From positions 1-59,104 of the IMG/VR virus record IMGVR_UViG_3300044995_000110: a DNA stretch of 59,104 nucleotides. One strand, given 5' to 3'. This stretch comes from a virus. Below, piece after piece: positions 26,042 to 34,037 of the stretch. Each line of letters begins with the position of its first letter. Within the stretch, counting starts at the first letter, position 1. Under the pieces are notes generated by a model. It saw only the letters and a list, made by a program, of their open reading frames with translations, searched no databases and had not been told where the DNA came from. Made by a program: the position numbers and the translations under genes.

Positions 26042-26682
26042 AAGTTAAACTCTGACTGCGAGGTTTCTCTGGCGATCCTCTCGCAAGCGGCTTGGAAATA
26101 ATCAGGATCAATCTCGCAGGCCGTTAGGTGCAACTTGGCGTAGTGGCAAGCAATAGCAATGGAGCCACTGCCGAGGTGTGTGTCTAAGATTTTGTCTCCG
26201 GGCTTGGCGTAGTTGGATAGTAGCCAAGAGTAGAGCTTGACTGGTTTTTGCGTTGGGTGGATGCGCAATGACTGGTTGGGCGTAACCTTAAATATGCGCG
26301 CCGACATGTCCATTGATGTCCATGCCAGTTCCACCTCAGAGAAACTTCTGCCATACATAGATTCCCCCTTGTCCCATACAATCCACCCACGTGAACACGG
26401 GAGAGAAAAGTGGTTGGCGCCCCCAATTATTTGATGGCGTGAAACCCGCCGCAATTCGGCGAAGTATTCGGGCGGCGGGGGGGTGTCGTCCCAGCTTTTT
26501 TTGTCTGGTCTGACTGTCTTTCTCCCACCCATGTTCATTGCTGTTACACCAATCCCGTAGGGGGGATCAGTAATGGCCCAATCGAAATGCCCATCGGGAT
26601 ATTGCGCCATGAGTTCCATGCAGTCCATCAGGCGAAGGTCTAGGTATTCAGTAACGTAGCGGTTGGGGTTATTTTGGCTCAT
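26038..26682 (-). CDS. DNA N6-adenine (or N4-cytosine) methyltransferase, DPPY class
   Basis: WAITDPPYGIG is motif IV. IHPTQKP and LDTHLGSGS (motif I) follow. The start at ATG 26682 (MSQNNPN...) is preferred over the upstream alternative start of ORF 26038..26772. Confidence 0.9.
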   Translation of the reverse strand: MSQNNPNRYVTEYLDLRLMDCMELMAQYPDGHFDWAITDPPYGIGVTAMNMGGRKTVRPDKKSWDDTPPPPEYFAELRRVSRHQIIGGANHFSLPCSRGWIVWDKGESMYGRSFSEVELAWTSMDMSARIFKVTPNQSLRIHPTQKPVKLYSWLLSNYAKPGDKILDTHLGSGSIAIACHYAKLHLTACEIDPDYFQAACERIARETSQSEFNF

Positions 26683-27061
26683 TTTCTTGCACAAACAGAT
26701 GCGCTTCCTCATCCCACTTAGAGATGGCCAAGCGGCAGACCTCAAGCAATACCTGGGCCTCTCCATCCTCAATATGGTCTGGCCGCTCGTCCCACGGCGA
26801 CCAGACGCCAGACCAATCAGGGGCAGTTGGCCTAGTCACCACCCAGGTTGGCAAGGTTTCTCCGTTGGGGTGGGCGTATGTGCCACGCCCGACAACAAAG
26901 CCCCGCTGCTCCATCAAATTGATGAGCGCCTCGCAAGTGGCGAGGCGGATGATTTCATCAAGCTGGGATTCCATGAGGATCAACCCGTGCTCCTGGTGCA
27001 TGTGCTGCCACAGGGCTTCAGTGGTGCTTCGGCGTTGTTCGTTCATCGCTTGTTCTTCCAC
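26669..27061 (-). CDS. Hypothetical protein
   Basis: A 130-aa ORF with protein-like composition that overlaps the methyltransferase start by 14 nt. Confidence 0.65.
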   Translation of the reverse strand: MEEQAMNEQRRSTTEALWQHMHQEHGLILMESQLDEIIRLATCEALINLMEQRGFVVGRGTYAHPNGETLPTWVVTRPTAPDWSGVWSPWDERPDHIEDGEAQVLLEVCRLAISKWDEEAHLFVQENEPK

Positions 27062-27070
27062 ACAGCTTTC

Positions 27071-27268
27071 TCACTTTGGTTGGGGGTGTTCTGGGCACCC
27101 GTGCAAGACGTTGGTTAGACACATGTATCGCTCAGCGCTCTGGCGCACGCCCTTGGCCCCTTGCGTCGGGCAGTCATGCGGGTGGAAACACGCGAATGTG
27201 GGGCACGCCTTGTCCGCGACGATCACCCGGCGTTTTTTGCCGTGGACGAACACGGTAACAGTTGTCAT
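27071..27268 (-). CDS. Small Cys/His-rich protein (hypothetical)
   Basis: An ATGA overlap couples it to the upstream gene at 27265-27268. CPTFACFHPHDCP and HGCPEH suggest metal binding. Confidence 0.55.
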   Translation of the reverse strand: MTTVTVFVHGKKRRVIVADKACPTFACFHPHDCPTQGAKGVRQSAERYMCLTNVLHGCPEHPQPK

Positions 27269-27678
27269 GCTACCCCCTCCCACAAGCGACCGTAACATTC
27301 GGCTGGGGTTGGATATGCCTCAGGAAGCTTGCCGCAGTGCCAGCCGTCCTCTTCCCTGTGCAAAACCAGGTTGGCGTAGCGACAGCCAATACGATTTTCG
27401 TTGTAAACAAAAAAATCCTCGACGTCTCCGTATTTTTCGACGAGTTGTTTAAATTGCTCTGCAAATGATTTTTGTTGTGCGTTCATGGCGCTGTCCTCCG
27501 CCTGTCCAAGGAATCCCCGCAGCACGGCCAGTGCTTTTTTATGACGCGCAATAAATTCCCTGCGATTGCCAGAATACCAATACTTGTAACCGAGGTTTTC
27601 CAAAATTTTGTTGTGTTCGAGGTGCATTAAGGCGTGCCTCAAGCATTCTTTTTCTTCTTCTGAAAAGTTGTGTTTCAT
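27265..27678 (-). CDS. Hypothetical protein
   Basis: A 137-aa ORF on the minus strand with protein-like composition. No family motif was recognised. Confidence 0.65.
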   Translation of the reverse strand: MKHNFSEEEKECLRHALMHLEHNKILENLGYKYWYSGNRREFIARHKKALAVLRGFLGQAEDSAMNAQQKSFAEQFKQLVEKYGDVEDFFVYNENRIGCRYANLVLHREEDGWHCGKLPEAYPTPAECYGRLWEGVA

Positions 27679-27705
27679 GTTAGTTTTTCGGTGTTCAGGT
27701 CATAG

Positions 27706-28092
27706 TTAATACAATTCCAAATCGTGAGCTTTCTTGGAAACATCATCTAATGCGGAACGGCGTTTATCCGCGTTCCCTTGGCGCCATTGCTTTAACGCCT
27801 CATCAAAGCCCTCCCAGTCCTCGCCTTTGCCTGCTCCAAATAAGGCAGAAAAGTCGATGACGGGTTGCACGCCTTGGAGTCGGGCGTGTTCCTCGGCCAG
27901 AAGGCCACCTAGCTTAATTAGCTTTTTTATCCACTTAGACCGCGAAAGCGGCCCGCGCAGGCGGTCTATTTCCGCCCACGTCTCAGGTGGGAGATTGATG
28001 CTGCGGGTTACAACCTTTCGCCCCTTGCCGGACCCCTTTGGACGCCCGGCTCCTGGGCGGGGGCCGCCCCAGGTGTTTTTTTGAGCTTTCAT
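27706..28092 (-). CDS. GRPK-motif plus RHH-like DNA-binding protein (paralogue A)
   Basis: The N-terminus is MKAQKNTWGGPRPGAGRPKGSGKGRKVVTRSINLPPETWAEIDRL. It is paralogous to 28660..28854. Confidence 0.7.
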   Translation of the reverse strand: MKAQKNTWGGPRPGAGRPKGSGKGRKVVTRSINLPPETWAEIDRLRGPLSRSKWIKKLIKLGGLLAEEHARLQGVQPVIDFSALFGAGKGEDWEGFDEALKQWRQGNADKRRSALDDVSKKAHDLELY

Positions 28093-28138
28093 GATAAATG
28101 CGCGAGGGAATCCACGGCTTTAGTCGCGGGATACTTAG
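28089..28138. repeat. 50-bp intergenic module, copy 2
   Basis: It matches 25992-26041 at 43/50. The hairpin is kept through G-U-compatible substitutions. Confidence 0.85.
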
Positions 28139-28344
28139 TCGATTATCTCATTTCCGTTTTCGTCGCAGAGATACGACTGGGCTTCCGCATGCCAAATCCG
28201 AATCACGTGTTCCACCTGATGGCACAAGCGGTAAATCTCCGGCCAGCCACAAGTGAAATAACGATCCGATCGCTCATCATAATAAACAATTTTGCCGCCC
28301 ACTTCGCGGGCTTGGATTGCCTGGAGCAACTGATCAAGTGTCAT
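28135..28344 (-). CDS. Hypothetical protein
   Basis: A 69-aa ORF whose start overlaps the stop of the upstream gene (28341-28344). Confidence 0.55.
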   Translation of the reverse strand: MTLDQLLQAIQAREVGGKIVYYDERSDRYFTCGWPEIYRLCHQVEHVIRIWHAEAQSYLCDENGNEIID

Positions 28345-28613
28345 TCGTCCTCCTCATTGTTGTCTTTGCGCGCCTCCTGTTGACTCATGGAATTGGGAAT
28401 TGCCACGCTAGCCCATTTGATGGGCATAAACTCTGACAAGTATTCCTTGTCCTCTCTGTCTATGCGTGCGCCGCATTGTTTTGCTTCATACCGCTGCATG
28501 GCAATGCAATCTTTTGCAGAAGCCCGCATTGTGACAACTACATTCACGGGGGTTCCATCGGGATTGCAGCCGGGCAGAATCTCCACCCATTCAAGAATAG
28601 CGTCTGTGTTCAT
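28341..28613 (-). CDS. Hypothetical protein
   Basis: A 90-aa ORF with an acidic C-terminus. Confidence 0.55.
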   Translation of the reverse strand: MNTDAILEWVEILPGCNPDGTPVNVVVTMRASAKDCIAMQRYEAKQCGARIDREDKEYLSEFMPIKWASVAIPNSMSQQEARKDNNEEDE

Positions 28614-28659
28614 TTAATTACCTCATTACAAAAGCGCGTTTCCAAATATCGCGCCTTCA

Positions 28660-28854
28660 TTAAATCCAAGGCGCAATTTTACGCTCTTCTAATACCCATC
28701 GGAACCACCTAGACCGAGAAAGTGGCCCCCGAAAGACATCAATCTCCGCCCACATCTCAGGCGGGAGACTTATGCTTCGGGTTACAACTCGCCGCCCCTT
28801 CGGGCGTCCGGCTCCTGGGCGGGCACCGCCCCAGGTGTTTTTTTTAGTTTTCAT
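28660..28854 (-). CDS. GRPK-motif plus RHH-like DNA-binding protein (paralogue B)
   Basis: MKTKKNTWGGARPGAGRPKGRRVVTRSISLPPEMWAEIDVFRGPLSRSRW closely parallels the N-terminal half of 27706..28092. Confidence 0.65.
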   Translation of the reverse strand: MKTKKNTWGGARPGAGRPKGRRVVTRSISLPPEMWAEIDVFRGPLSRSRWFRWVLEERKIAPWI

Positions 28855-28891
28855 TCAAATGCCTCAAGTGTCATTAGTTTTGGTTTTTTGG

Positions 28892-28947
28892 CTATGTTAT
28901 GGCAACACAACCATAACAGAGTTATTTCTCGCCATATTTCTCGCCAT
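28892..28947. promoter_or_regulatory. Operator-like inverted repeat plus a tandem 12-bp direct repeat
   Basis: The IR is ctatgttatgg-N8-ccataacagag (28892-28921, 10/11 bp). Next to it ATTTCTCGCCAT occurs twice in tandem (28924-28947). Both lie upstream of the RHH paralogue B start. Confidence 0.5.
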
Positions 28948-29095
28948 AATTGCCTGCTCGAATTTCTTTTCCCCGCTGCCGATTTGCTCCCGGCTTGGCT
29001 GGTGCCGGGAGAACCAGATGGCTCTTTTCATTTTTTCTCCTTGGTTGAATTTTGCTCTATTGAGCTTGAGACCACACTACGTCTTTCCTGCTTTT

Positions 29096-29129
29096 GTCAA
29101 CTACTTTTTTCAAGTTTTTTGGTCACGGG
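29096..29129. repeat. 34-bp module carrying a minus-strand AAAAAGTAGTTGACA -35 box, copy A
   Basis: It matches 31019-31052 at 31/34. The minus strand reads CTTGAAAAAAGTAGTTGAC(A). Confidence 0.8.
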
Positions 29130-29695
29130 AAGGTTCCTCGGTAGAGTGCGGAGAGGGCCAAGGCGAGGCGGTAGTCATCCTCGGCAATTTCGGCCTCCGC
29201 AAGTGGATGGCAAGTGCCATCGGGGCTTAGCGCGAATCCAGGGACGAGTTGCAAATGAGAAGGAGTGGGCTGATCCCGTAAATTGATATACCCCGACATG
29301 AGACCACCGTCGTGGCAATTTGAGACATAGGTAATCATGGGGGCTGGGTATGCCCACATTTGATCTTGAGTGACGAAGATGGGGTCCTGGGCTTCATGCC
29401 GAGCAATCACAAACCAGTATTTCCGCTCCGGCATTTGGATGGCGAGAGCGGAATGGGATAAGGGGGCACGGGCTAGGTCGAGATCGGGCGGCAGACCTTC
29501 GAGGAGTGCCGCTTCCTGCTCGTCGGTGATGCGGGTGATGGGTTCGCCGCACTCGTGCCATTTCAATAAGGTGGCCCATGCGTCGAGATGCATTCGGGGG
29601 ACATTTCGGACCCATTCCTTGGCAGGCGGAGAGCCTGCGCCTTGGCGCAGACTCTCCTGGAGCAAATGGGCCAGACGGTAGAGATGTTTAGTCAT
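29123..29695 (-). CDS. Hypothetical protein
   Basis: The ATG at 29695 overlaps the upstream stop (TGATG). The 190-aa product starts MTKHLYRLAHLL... Confidence 0.65.
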   Translation of the reverse strand: MTKHLYRLAHLLQESLRQGAGSPPAKEWVRNVPRMHLDAWATLLKWHECGEPITRITDEQEAALLEGLPPDLDLARAPLSHSALAIQMPERKYWFVIARHEAQDPIFVTQDQMWAYPAPMITYVSNCHDGGLMSGYINLRDQPTPSHLQLVPGFALSPDGTCHPLAEAEIAEDDYRLALALSALYRGTFP

Positions 29696-30918
29696 CAACG
29701 CACCCCCAGGGCGGCCAGCTCGCAAGCCTTCTGAAGGAAGGGGTTGGTGGGGTCCATTTCCAGTAGGGCGTCGGCGCGGATTGCCCCGACTTTTTCGGGG
29801 TCGATGCCGTGCTTGCGGAGGAAGGCATCGGTCCCTTGGCGGCAATTGCCTGCGGCGTAGCTACTGGCCAAGCTGACCCACACCGTATGCGGGCGGGTGG
29901 CCAAGATCGCCTTGGCCTGATCGCGCCGCTCCTTGAGGGCGGCGAGTGCTGCCCGTTTGCCCCAAGCATCCTCCACGTCGCCAGCAATGGCGACCCATCC
30001 ATGCTCGATGACACGACGCCACTGTTCAGCGTCGAGGTGGTAGCGGTCATCCTCGACGTCCTCCCCGCCCTGGGGGATCAGGTAGGGGGCTTCGTCTTGG
30101 TCCTCTGGGACGTAGAGGTCGAAGACCGACGGCTCGCCATGCGCGCCGACCGCCATCTCCGCCAAGAGGCGGAGTTGGGCCACCTCGGCCTCGGACTCGT
30201 CCTCGAACACGCCACAGACATTCTCGCCGTCTTCCAGCGCCTCAATCATATCCTTCCAAGAGTCATATTGTTCGTCCCCCGACTTATCCGAATAATAGTG
30301 GGGGAACGGAGATTCTTCCGGAAAGTAGGTGATGTTGCCGTTTTCGTCGCGGAGAGCTTCTTTGGGATGTGAGAAGCGGTAGATCTCGACTTCTTCCAAC
30401 TCCCCGTCCTCGCTGAGGACGTAGACCGTCATGGTGGGTTTTTTGTCCCGAACGCATTCCGAGATATCCGGCTCGGCGGGTTGTCCTTTGGGCTTGATGT
30501 CGAACACATCCACCATTGCCTGAAGGCAGTAATTCCGCTCGGACCCTTCAGAATCCTCCTCAACCACCCAGTCATTCCAAGAGACCCCGTTCCAGCCGGG
30601 GTTGGAGCCGCCATACCAGGCGACCCAAAATTGGGTGTGACTGACACCGAACGCTTCAATGGTGTCATAACCCCACGTGGTGCCCCACTCCGTGGTGTAG
30701 TCGTCGTCGTAAGTATGGGAGTATTTGGGGCACTCATGACCAGCGTCCTTATACGCTACCCAAATGCCAAGCCAGCGGAAGCCATCTTCCTCGGCCAGGG
30801 TTGTTTCCTTTAGGAGATCAGGAAGGATGCCGATCTTGGCTGCGAACTCGAGATGACGGTTACCCAGCTCGGCTTCATTTGAGATTAAGGTTTCGAGGAT
30901 ATACTTTTTCAGGTTCAT
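29695..30918 (-). CDS. Hypothetical acidic protein
   Basis: The start is set at ATG 30918 (MNLKKYILETL...) because the 5' extension of ORF 29695..31023 is a repeated non-coding leader. The product is about 407 aa with a D/E-rich centre. Confidence 0.65.
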   Translation of the reverse strand: MNLKKYILETLISNEAELGNRHLEFAAKIGILPDLLKETTLAEEDGFRWLGIWVAYKDAGHECPKYSHTYDDDYTTEWGTTWGYDTIEAFGVSHTQFWVAWYGGSNPGWNGVSWNDWVVEEDSEGSERNYCLQAMVDVFDIKPKGQPAEPDISECVRDKKPTMTVYVLSEDGELEEVEIYRFSHPKEALRDENGNITYFPEESPFPHYYSDKSGDEQYDSWKDMIEALEDGENVCGVFEDESEAEVAQLRLLAEMAVGAHGEPSVFDLYVPEDQDEAPYLIPQGGEDVEDDRYHLDAEQWRRVIEHGWVAIAGDVEDAWGKRAALAALKERRDQAKAILATRPHTVWVSLASSYAAGNCRQGTDAFLRKHGIDPEKVGAIRADALLEMDPTNPFLQKACELAALGVR

Positions 30919-30925
30919 ATTTTTC

Positions 30926-30957
30926 TTCCCGACTTTAACGTCCTGGGGCTGGACGGT
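30926..30957 (-). promoter_or_regulatory. Conserved 5' leader hairpin, copy 1
   Basis: It is 30/32 identical to 31734-31765. The stem is cgtcc-N7-ggacg (30939-30955). The two differences are not at synonymous positions. It ends about 8 nt before the ATG. Confidence 0.55.
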
Positions 30958-30995
30958 TGGTTGTGGGGTTCGCACCATTCTTGGTGCTTGATGGA

Positions 30996-31023
30996 CTAAT
31001 ACGCTTTTTCTTGAAGATGTCAA
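30996..31023 (-). promoter_or_regulatory. Promoter candidate (minus strand, TTGACA-16-TATTAG)
   Basis: -35 lies at plus-strand coordinates 31018-31023 and -10 at 30996-31001. Confidence 0.45.
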
Positions 31024-31052
31024 CTACTTTTTTCAAGATTCTTGGCCACGGG
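31019..31052. repeat. 34-bp module, copy B
   Basis: It matches 29096-29129 at 31/34. Here it encodes the last 11 codons (LPVAKNLEKSS*) of 31020..31244. Confidence 0.8.
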
Positions 31053-31244
31053 CAGATCGTAATAGACCGCCTTCGCAAAGGCAGCTTGTGCAGCCTCCGA
31101 TGCTAGGAAGCGCGAGACGGCTTTATCCATCCGCCTCAATGCCTCCTGGAGGATGTCCCCCATCAGTTCGGGGGACATGTCCTCTTTCTTAATACCCCGC
31201 TCCAGGGCGATGGTGCGGGCGTAGTTGATAAGCTCTGGTGTCAT
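31020..31244 (-). CDS. Hypothetical protein
   Basis: The start is ATG 31244 (MTPELINYARTIALERG...). The upstream part of ORF 31020..31268 begins with GTG inside a repeated leader. Confidence 0.6.
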   Translation of the reverse strand: MTPELINYARTIALERGIKKEDMSPELMGDILQEALRRMDKAVSRFLASEAAQAAFAKAVYYDLPVAKNLEKSS

Positions 31245-31279
31245 GGTGTGTTTATGTTTCTCCACCACACCGCTGCTCT

Positions 31280-31726
31280 CTAATCATCCAGAACAACATC
31301 CATCAAATCCCGCAATTGTTGGCTTGAAAAATCCATCCAACTTCTGCTTTCTAAGCCCCTGAGCCTGCGACAGGCTGGGTTTTGCGCGTTGTCAATGTGG
31401 TTAAAGCGAAGGTCTATGCCTCGGCGATGCGCTTTCTTAACGAGTTCGCCTGCCCTGCCCTCAAGACAACTTGAATTGAGATGTAGGTTGAGGCGAATGC
31501 GCTTTAAGCCGAATTGTTTTTTCAATTGCTCGACAAGCCACACCGCCTTGCGCGCAGCGGCATATTCGCACTTGCCCTGATCATCGACCGTGAAGTAGGG
31601 CAAAAAAGGATCTCCGTTTAAGAAATGCTTTTGCCAAAAGAAATCGCCCTTGCCACAAATCGAAAACCTTCCCGTAAGGGAGTCAGCACTTGAGAATAGA
31701 ACAATCTGTAGATTATTGGTGGCCAT
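31280..31726 (-). CDS. Hypothetical protein
   Basis: The start is ATG 31726 (MATNNLQIVLF...), directly after leader-hairpin copy 2. The product is 148 aa. Confidence 0.6.
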   Translation of the reverse strand: MATNNLQIVLFSSADSLTGRFSICGKGDFFWQKHFLNGDPFLPYFTVDDQGKCEYAAARKAVWLVEQLKKQFGLKRIRLNLHLNSSCLEGRAGELVKKAHRRGIDLRFNHIDNAQNPACRRLRGLESRSWMDFSSQQLRDLMDVVLDD

Positions 31727-31733
31727 AGTTTCT

Positions 31734-31765
31734 TTCCCGTCTTTAACGTCCTGGGCCTGGACGGT
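31734..31765 (-). promoter_or_regulatory. Conserved 5' leader hairpin, copy 2
   Basis: It is 30/32 identical to 30926-30957 and sits at the same distance from its ATG. Confidence 0.55.
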
Positions 31766-31862
31766 GTTGTTTTTGGTTGTGTTGTTTTCGCACCTTTCTG
31801 GTATGGTGTGTTTCTGTTTCGCCTCCACACCACCGCCCTCGAAAGGAGTGGCGGGGGGCGTC

Positions 31863-32051
31863 TTATTTCCGCTGAGCGTCTATCTCATCCCACGGCACGG
31901 GCGTGCCGTGGGCATCGTAAATACGAGCATCCGAATAGCCGCCCTGGCGGCGGCACCCTTCCTGGTCCCTACGTAGGGACCGGACAGCCCCGGACAAAGT
32001 CCGGCGCTTACTTACAATGCCCCTGACAGAGCCTTTGACGATGAACTTCAT
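31863..32051 (-). CDS. Hypothetical basic protein
   Basis: A 62-aa ORF on the minus strand with a basic composition. Confidence 0.5.
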   Translation of the reverse strand: MKFIVKGSVRGIVSKRRTLSGAVRSLRRDQEGCRRQGGYSDARIYDAHGTPVPWDEIDAQRK

Positions 32052-32063
32052 TTGTGTCCTTGG

Positions 32064-32276
32064 TTATTGTTTTTTGCGCCATCCCTGGGTGGACAGGTGG
32101 AACATAAGGTCCATCAGTCGTCCAAAGGCCAAGCGGCCTTCTCCGTATATTGGCTCCATGTTGTGTTCTTCCATCCAGTGGTTAATGAACTTCATTCTCG
32201 CCTCTGCTTTCCCCGGCCCTATTAAGTTGGGTGGGAATGGAGGCAGTGCCGGGTGGTTTAACTGGTCTATGCTCAT
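32064..32276 (-). CDS. Hypothetical protein
   Basis: A 70-aa ORF on the minus strand. No family motif was recognised. Confidence 0.5.
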   Translation of the reverse strand: MSIDQLNHPALPPFPPNLIGPGKAEARMKFINHWMEEHNMEPIYGEGRLAFGRLMDLMFHLSTQGWRKKQ

Positions 32277-32344
32277 GGTTTATTTGGTGTTGGTTAAGTG
32301 CCTGCCTCAAGCAGCTGGCTAGGGCAGGCGCCGTGGTTGTTGAG

Positions 32345-33781
32345 TTAAGCGAGTTGGACTGGCATCAGTAATGAAGTCATGCCATTGGGCGATTCCGCAT
32401 GCAGCGGGTCTTTGTCACTTGCGAAGTCAATCTTGGTGTGGCCGACATCCAAGATGTCGATAAATAAGTCGCGGTTGAATGCAACCTTGAGGCATTCGCC
32501 TTTGACCGTGATGGCCAACGGGCCGACCACATTGACTTTGCCATCTTGGGTTTTGGATTCCAACAAAACGCCACTTCCTGGGTTAAGCCCAAGCACAAAG
32601 GTTTTGTTTTCTCCCGCCACTGGGAGGTTCTTGAGGCTAGACTTCAGGAGTTCTCTTGTAGTTTCATCCAAGAGAAGGCTGGCTTTACAGGGCCGCTTCT
32701 TCATGACTTCCTTGTAATTGGGATAGGAACCCTCCATTTCCCTTACGGAAAGGCTGGCGGATTGGCCGGCCTGGATGGTGATGAAAGTGTTGCCATCCCA
32801 TGCATGCCCGCCACTGTGCTTAGTTTTTTCCAAGATGATCGTCCACGGATTGTTTCGGAATATTGTCGAGTCAATCACCGCACGAGACGGCAGGATGAAC
32901 GACTGCCCGAAGTTGACATCGAACTTGGCACTGACGTGCATTTTCTTGGCGTCAGTGCTTGTAAAGACGACTTGGTCTCCAACTTGGTCGAAATAGATTG
33001 AGTTGAGAATATAGCGCTTGGGGTCCCTGCTGGCCGCATCGACAACCTGGTAAATGGTGTCGCGCATGTGGTTGGGAATTTCCACGGACTTGGGTTGTTC
33101 GATTGGCTCGTAGCCTGCAAGGTAGGGATAGTCAGCCACGTCGAAGGCGTCCACTATGCGCTGGGCTTTCACATCATTGGCTGTGTAAGCGGCCTTGCAC
33201 TGACTTTTGTCCAGCTTTTGGATTGTGATTGGGGTGTTTGCATTCGCTGCCTTAGCAATCTCCAGGAGTTGCTTATGGTCAATCGCTGCCGTTACCGTTG
33301 AGCTTCCGCCCGGAACTGTGATAGACAGTTTCATATGTGTGTTGCAGTGCGACAACTTGACCTGTCCTTCTTTTTGCTCAAGCAAGACAGCCCCTAAGAT
33401 AGGGATGCGCTTGGCTTCTTGGCGATAAATGATCTTGCCCAAGTCCTGCAATGCCTTGGTGAGTTGTCTTGAGGCGAGCAGGCCAATGGTGTTTTCGTCG
33501 GTAGTGATTTGCATAATGGATTGCTCCTGTTTTTGGGTTTTGCGTTTGGTGGGCTTGGATTCTTTTGGGCTTCCCTGGGTGTCGGCAATATTCCAATCAA
33601 TGATGTCCCATCCATCAAATGTCATGCCGCGCTTTTCCATTTCGGCGCGGACAGAAGCCTCATTCTTTACCACCTCAACAATCTGCATAAAGCTCAGTTT
33701 GGCGCGGCGCACAGGCAGCACGTTGCCCGCCGCCGTGCGGTATGTCGATGGCTCGAATTTTAGGGTGTCTAGCAGTGTCAT
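32345..33781 (-). CDS. dnaN: DNA polymerase III beta sliding-clamp homologue with an N-terminal extension of about 130 aa
   Basis: LNSIYFDQVGDQVVFTSTDAKKMHVS, EGSYPNYKEVM, VAFNRDLFIDILD and the C-terminal MTSLLMPVQLA are clamp-typical. The start is set at ATG 33781 (MTLLDTLKF...). Confidence 0.8.
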   Translation of the reverse strand: MTLLDTLKFEPSTYRTAAGNVLPVRRAKLSFMQIVEVVKNEASVRAEMEKRGMTFDGWDIIDWNIADTQGSPKESKPTKRKTQKQEQSIMQITTDENTIGLLASRQLTKALQDLGKIIYRQEAKRIPILGAVLLEQKEGQVKLSHCNTHMKLSITVPGGSSTVTAAIDHKQLLEIAKAANANTPITIQKLDKSQCKAAYTANDVKAQRIVDAFDVADYPYLAGYEPIEQPKSVEIPNHMRDTIYQVVDAASRDPKRYILNSIYFDQVGDQVVFTSTDAKKMHVSAKFDVNFGQSFILPSRAVIDSTIFRNNPWTIILEKTKHSGGHAWDGNTFITIQAGQSASLSVREMEGSYPNYKEVMKKRPCKASLLLDETTRELLKSSLKNLPVAGENKTFVLGLNPGSGVLLESKTQDGKVNVVGPLAITVKGECLKVAFNRDLFIDILDVGHTKIDFASDKDPLHAESPNGMTSLLMPVQLA

Positions 33782-33785
33782 GATT

Positions 33786-34016
33786 TTATGGCTCGATGGT
33801 TGTTTGGTTGTAGTAGTCAAGTATCTCCATGGAGTCTCTGATCTCCGGCCTGCGGAGTTGGTAAGCGAGAACGTCCTTGGCTTGTGGATGGTCAAGGGGC
33901 ATATACCACGGCAGGTTAGACGCAATAATGCCCTGGTGGACCACCCCTTCTGGGGTTCGGATTTTATACCAAACCCAGTTTTCGTATGGTTGTGGGGATG
34001 GATTTTCTTTGCTCAA
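33786..34016 (-). CDS. Hypothetical protein
   Basis: A 76-aa ORF between the RT and clamp genes. Confidence 0.55.
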   Translation of the reverse strand: MSKENPSPQPYENWVWYKIRTPEGVVHQGIIASNLPWYMPLDHPQAKDVLAYQLRRPEIRDSMEILDYYNQTTIEP

Positions 34017-34037
34017 GCAGTGGCCACCTCCTTTAAT

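Noticed and set aside
29097-29130. A possible programmed -1 frameshift that would extend 29123..29695 with the tail PVTKKLEKSS. That tail is homologous to the C-terminus of 31020..31244.
   Set aside because: There is no slippery heptamer at ACC-TTC-CCG-TGA. The shared 34-mer is better explained as a duplicated promoter-bearing DNA module that happens to be coding in one copy.
31280-31726. An RNase H-like pattern (IVLFSSADS ... CEYAAARKAV ... LHLNSS) that could link this gene functionally to the RT.
   Set aside because: Only a loose D/E/(D to N) spacing resemblance exists, and the third acidic residue is missing. It cannot be supported without a profile or structure search.
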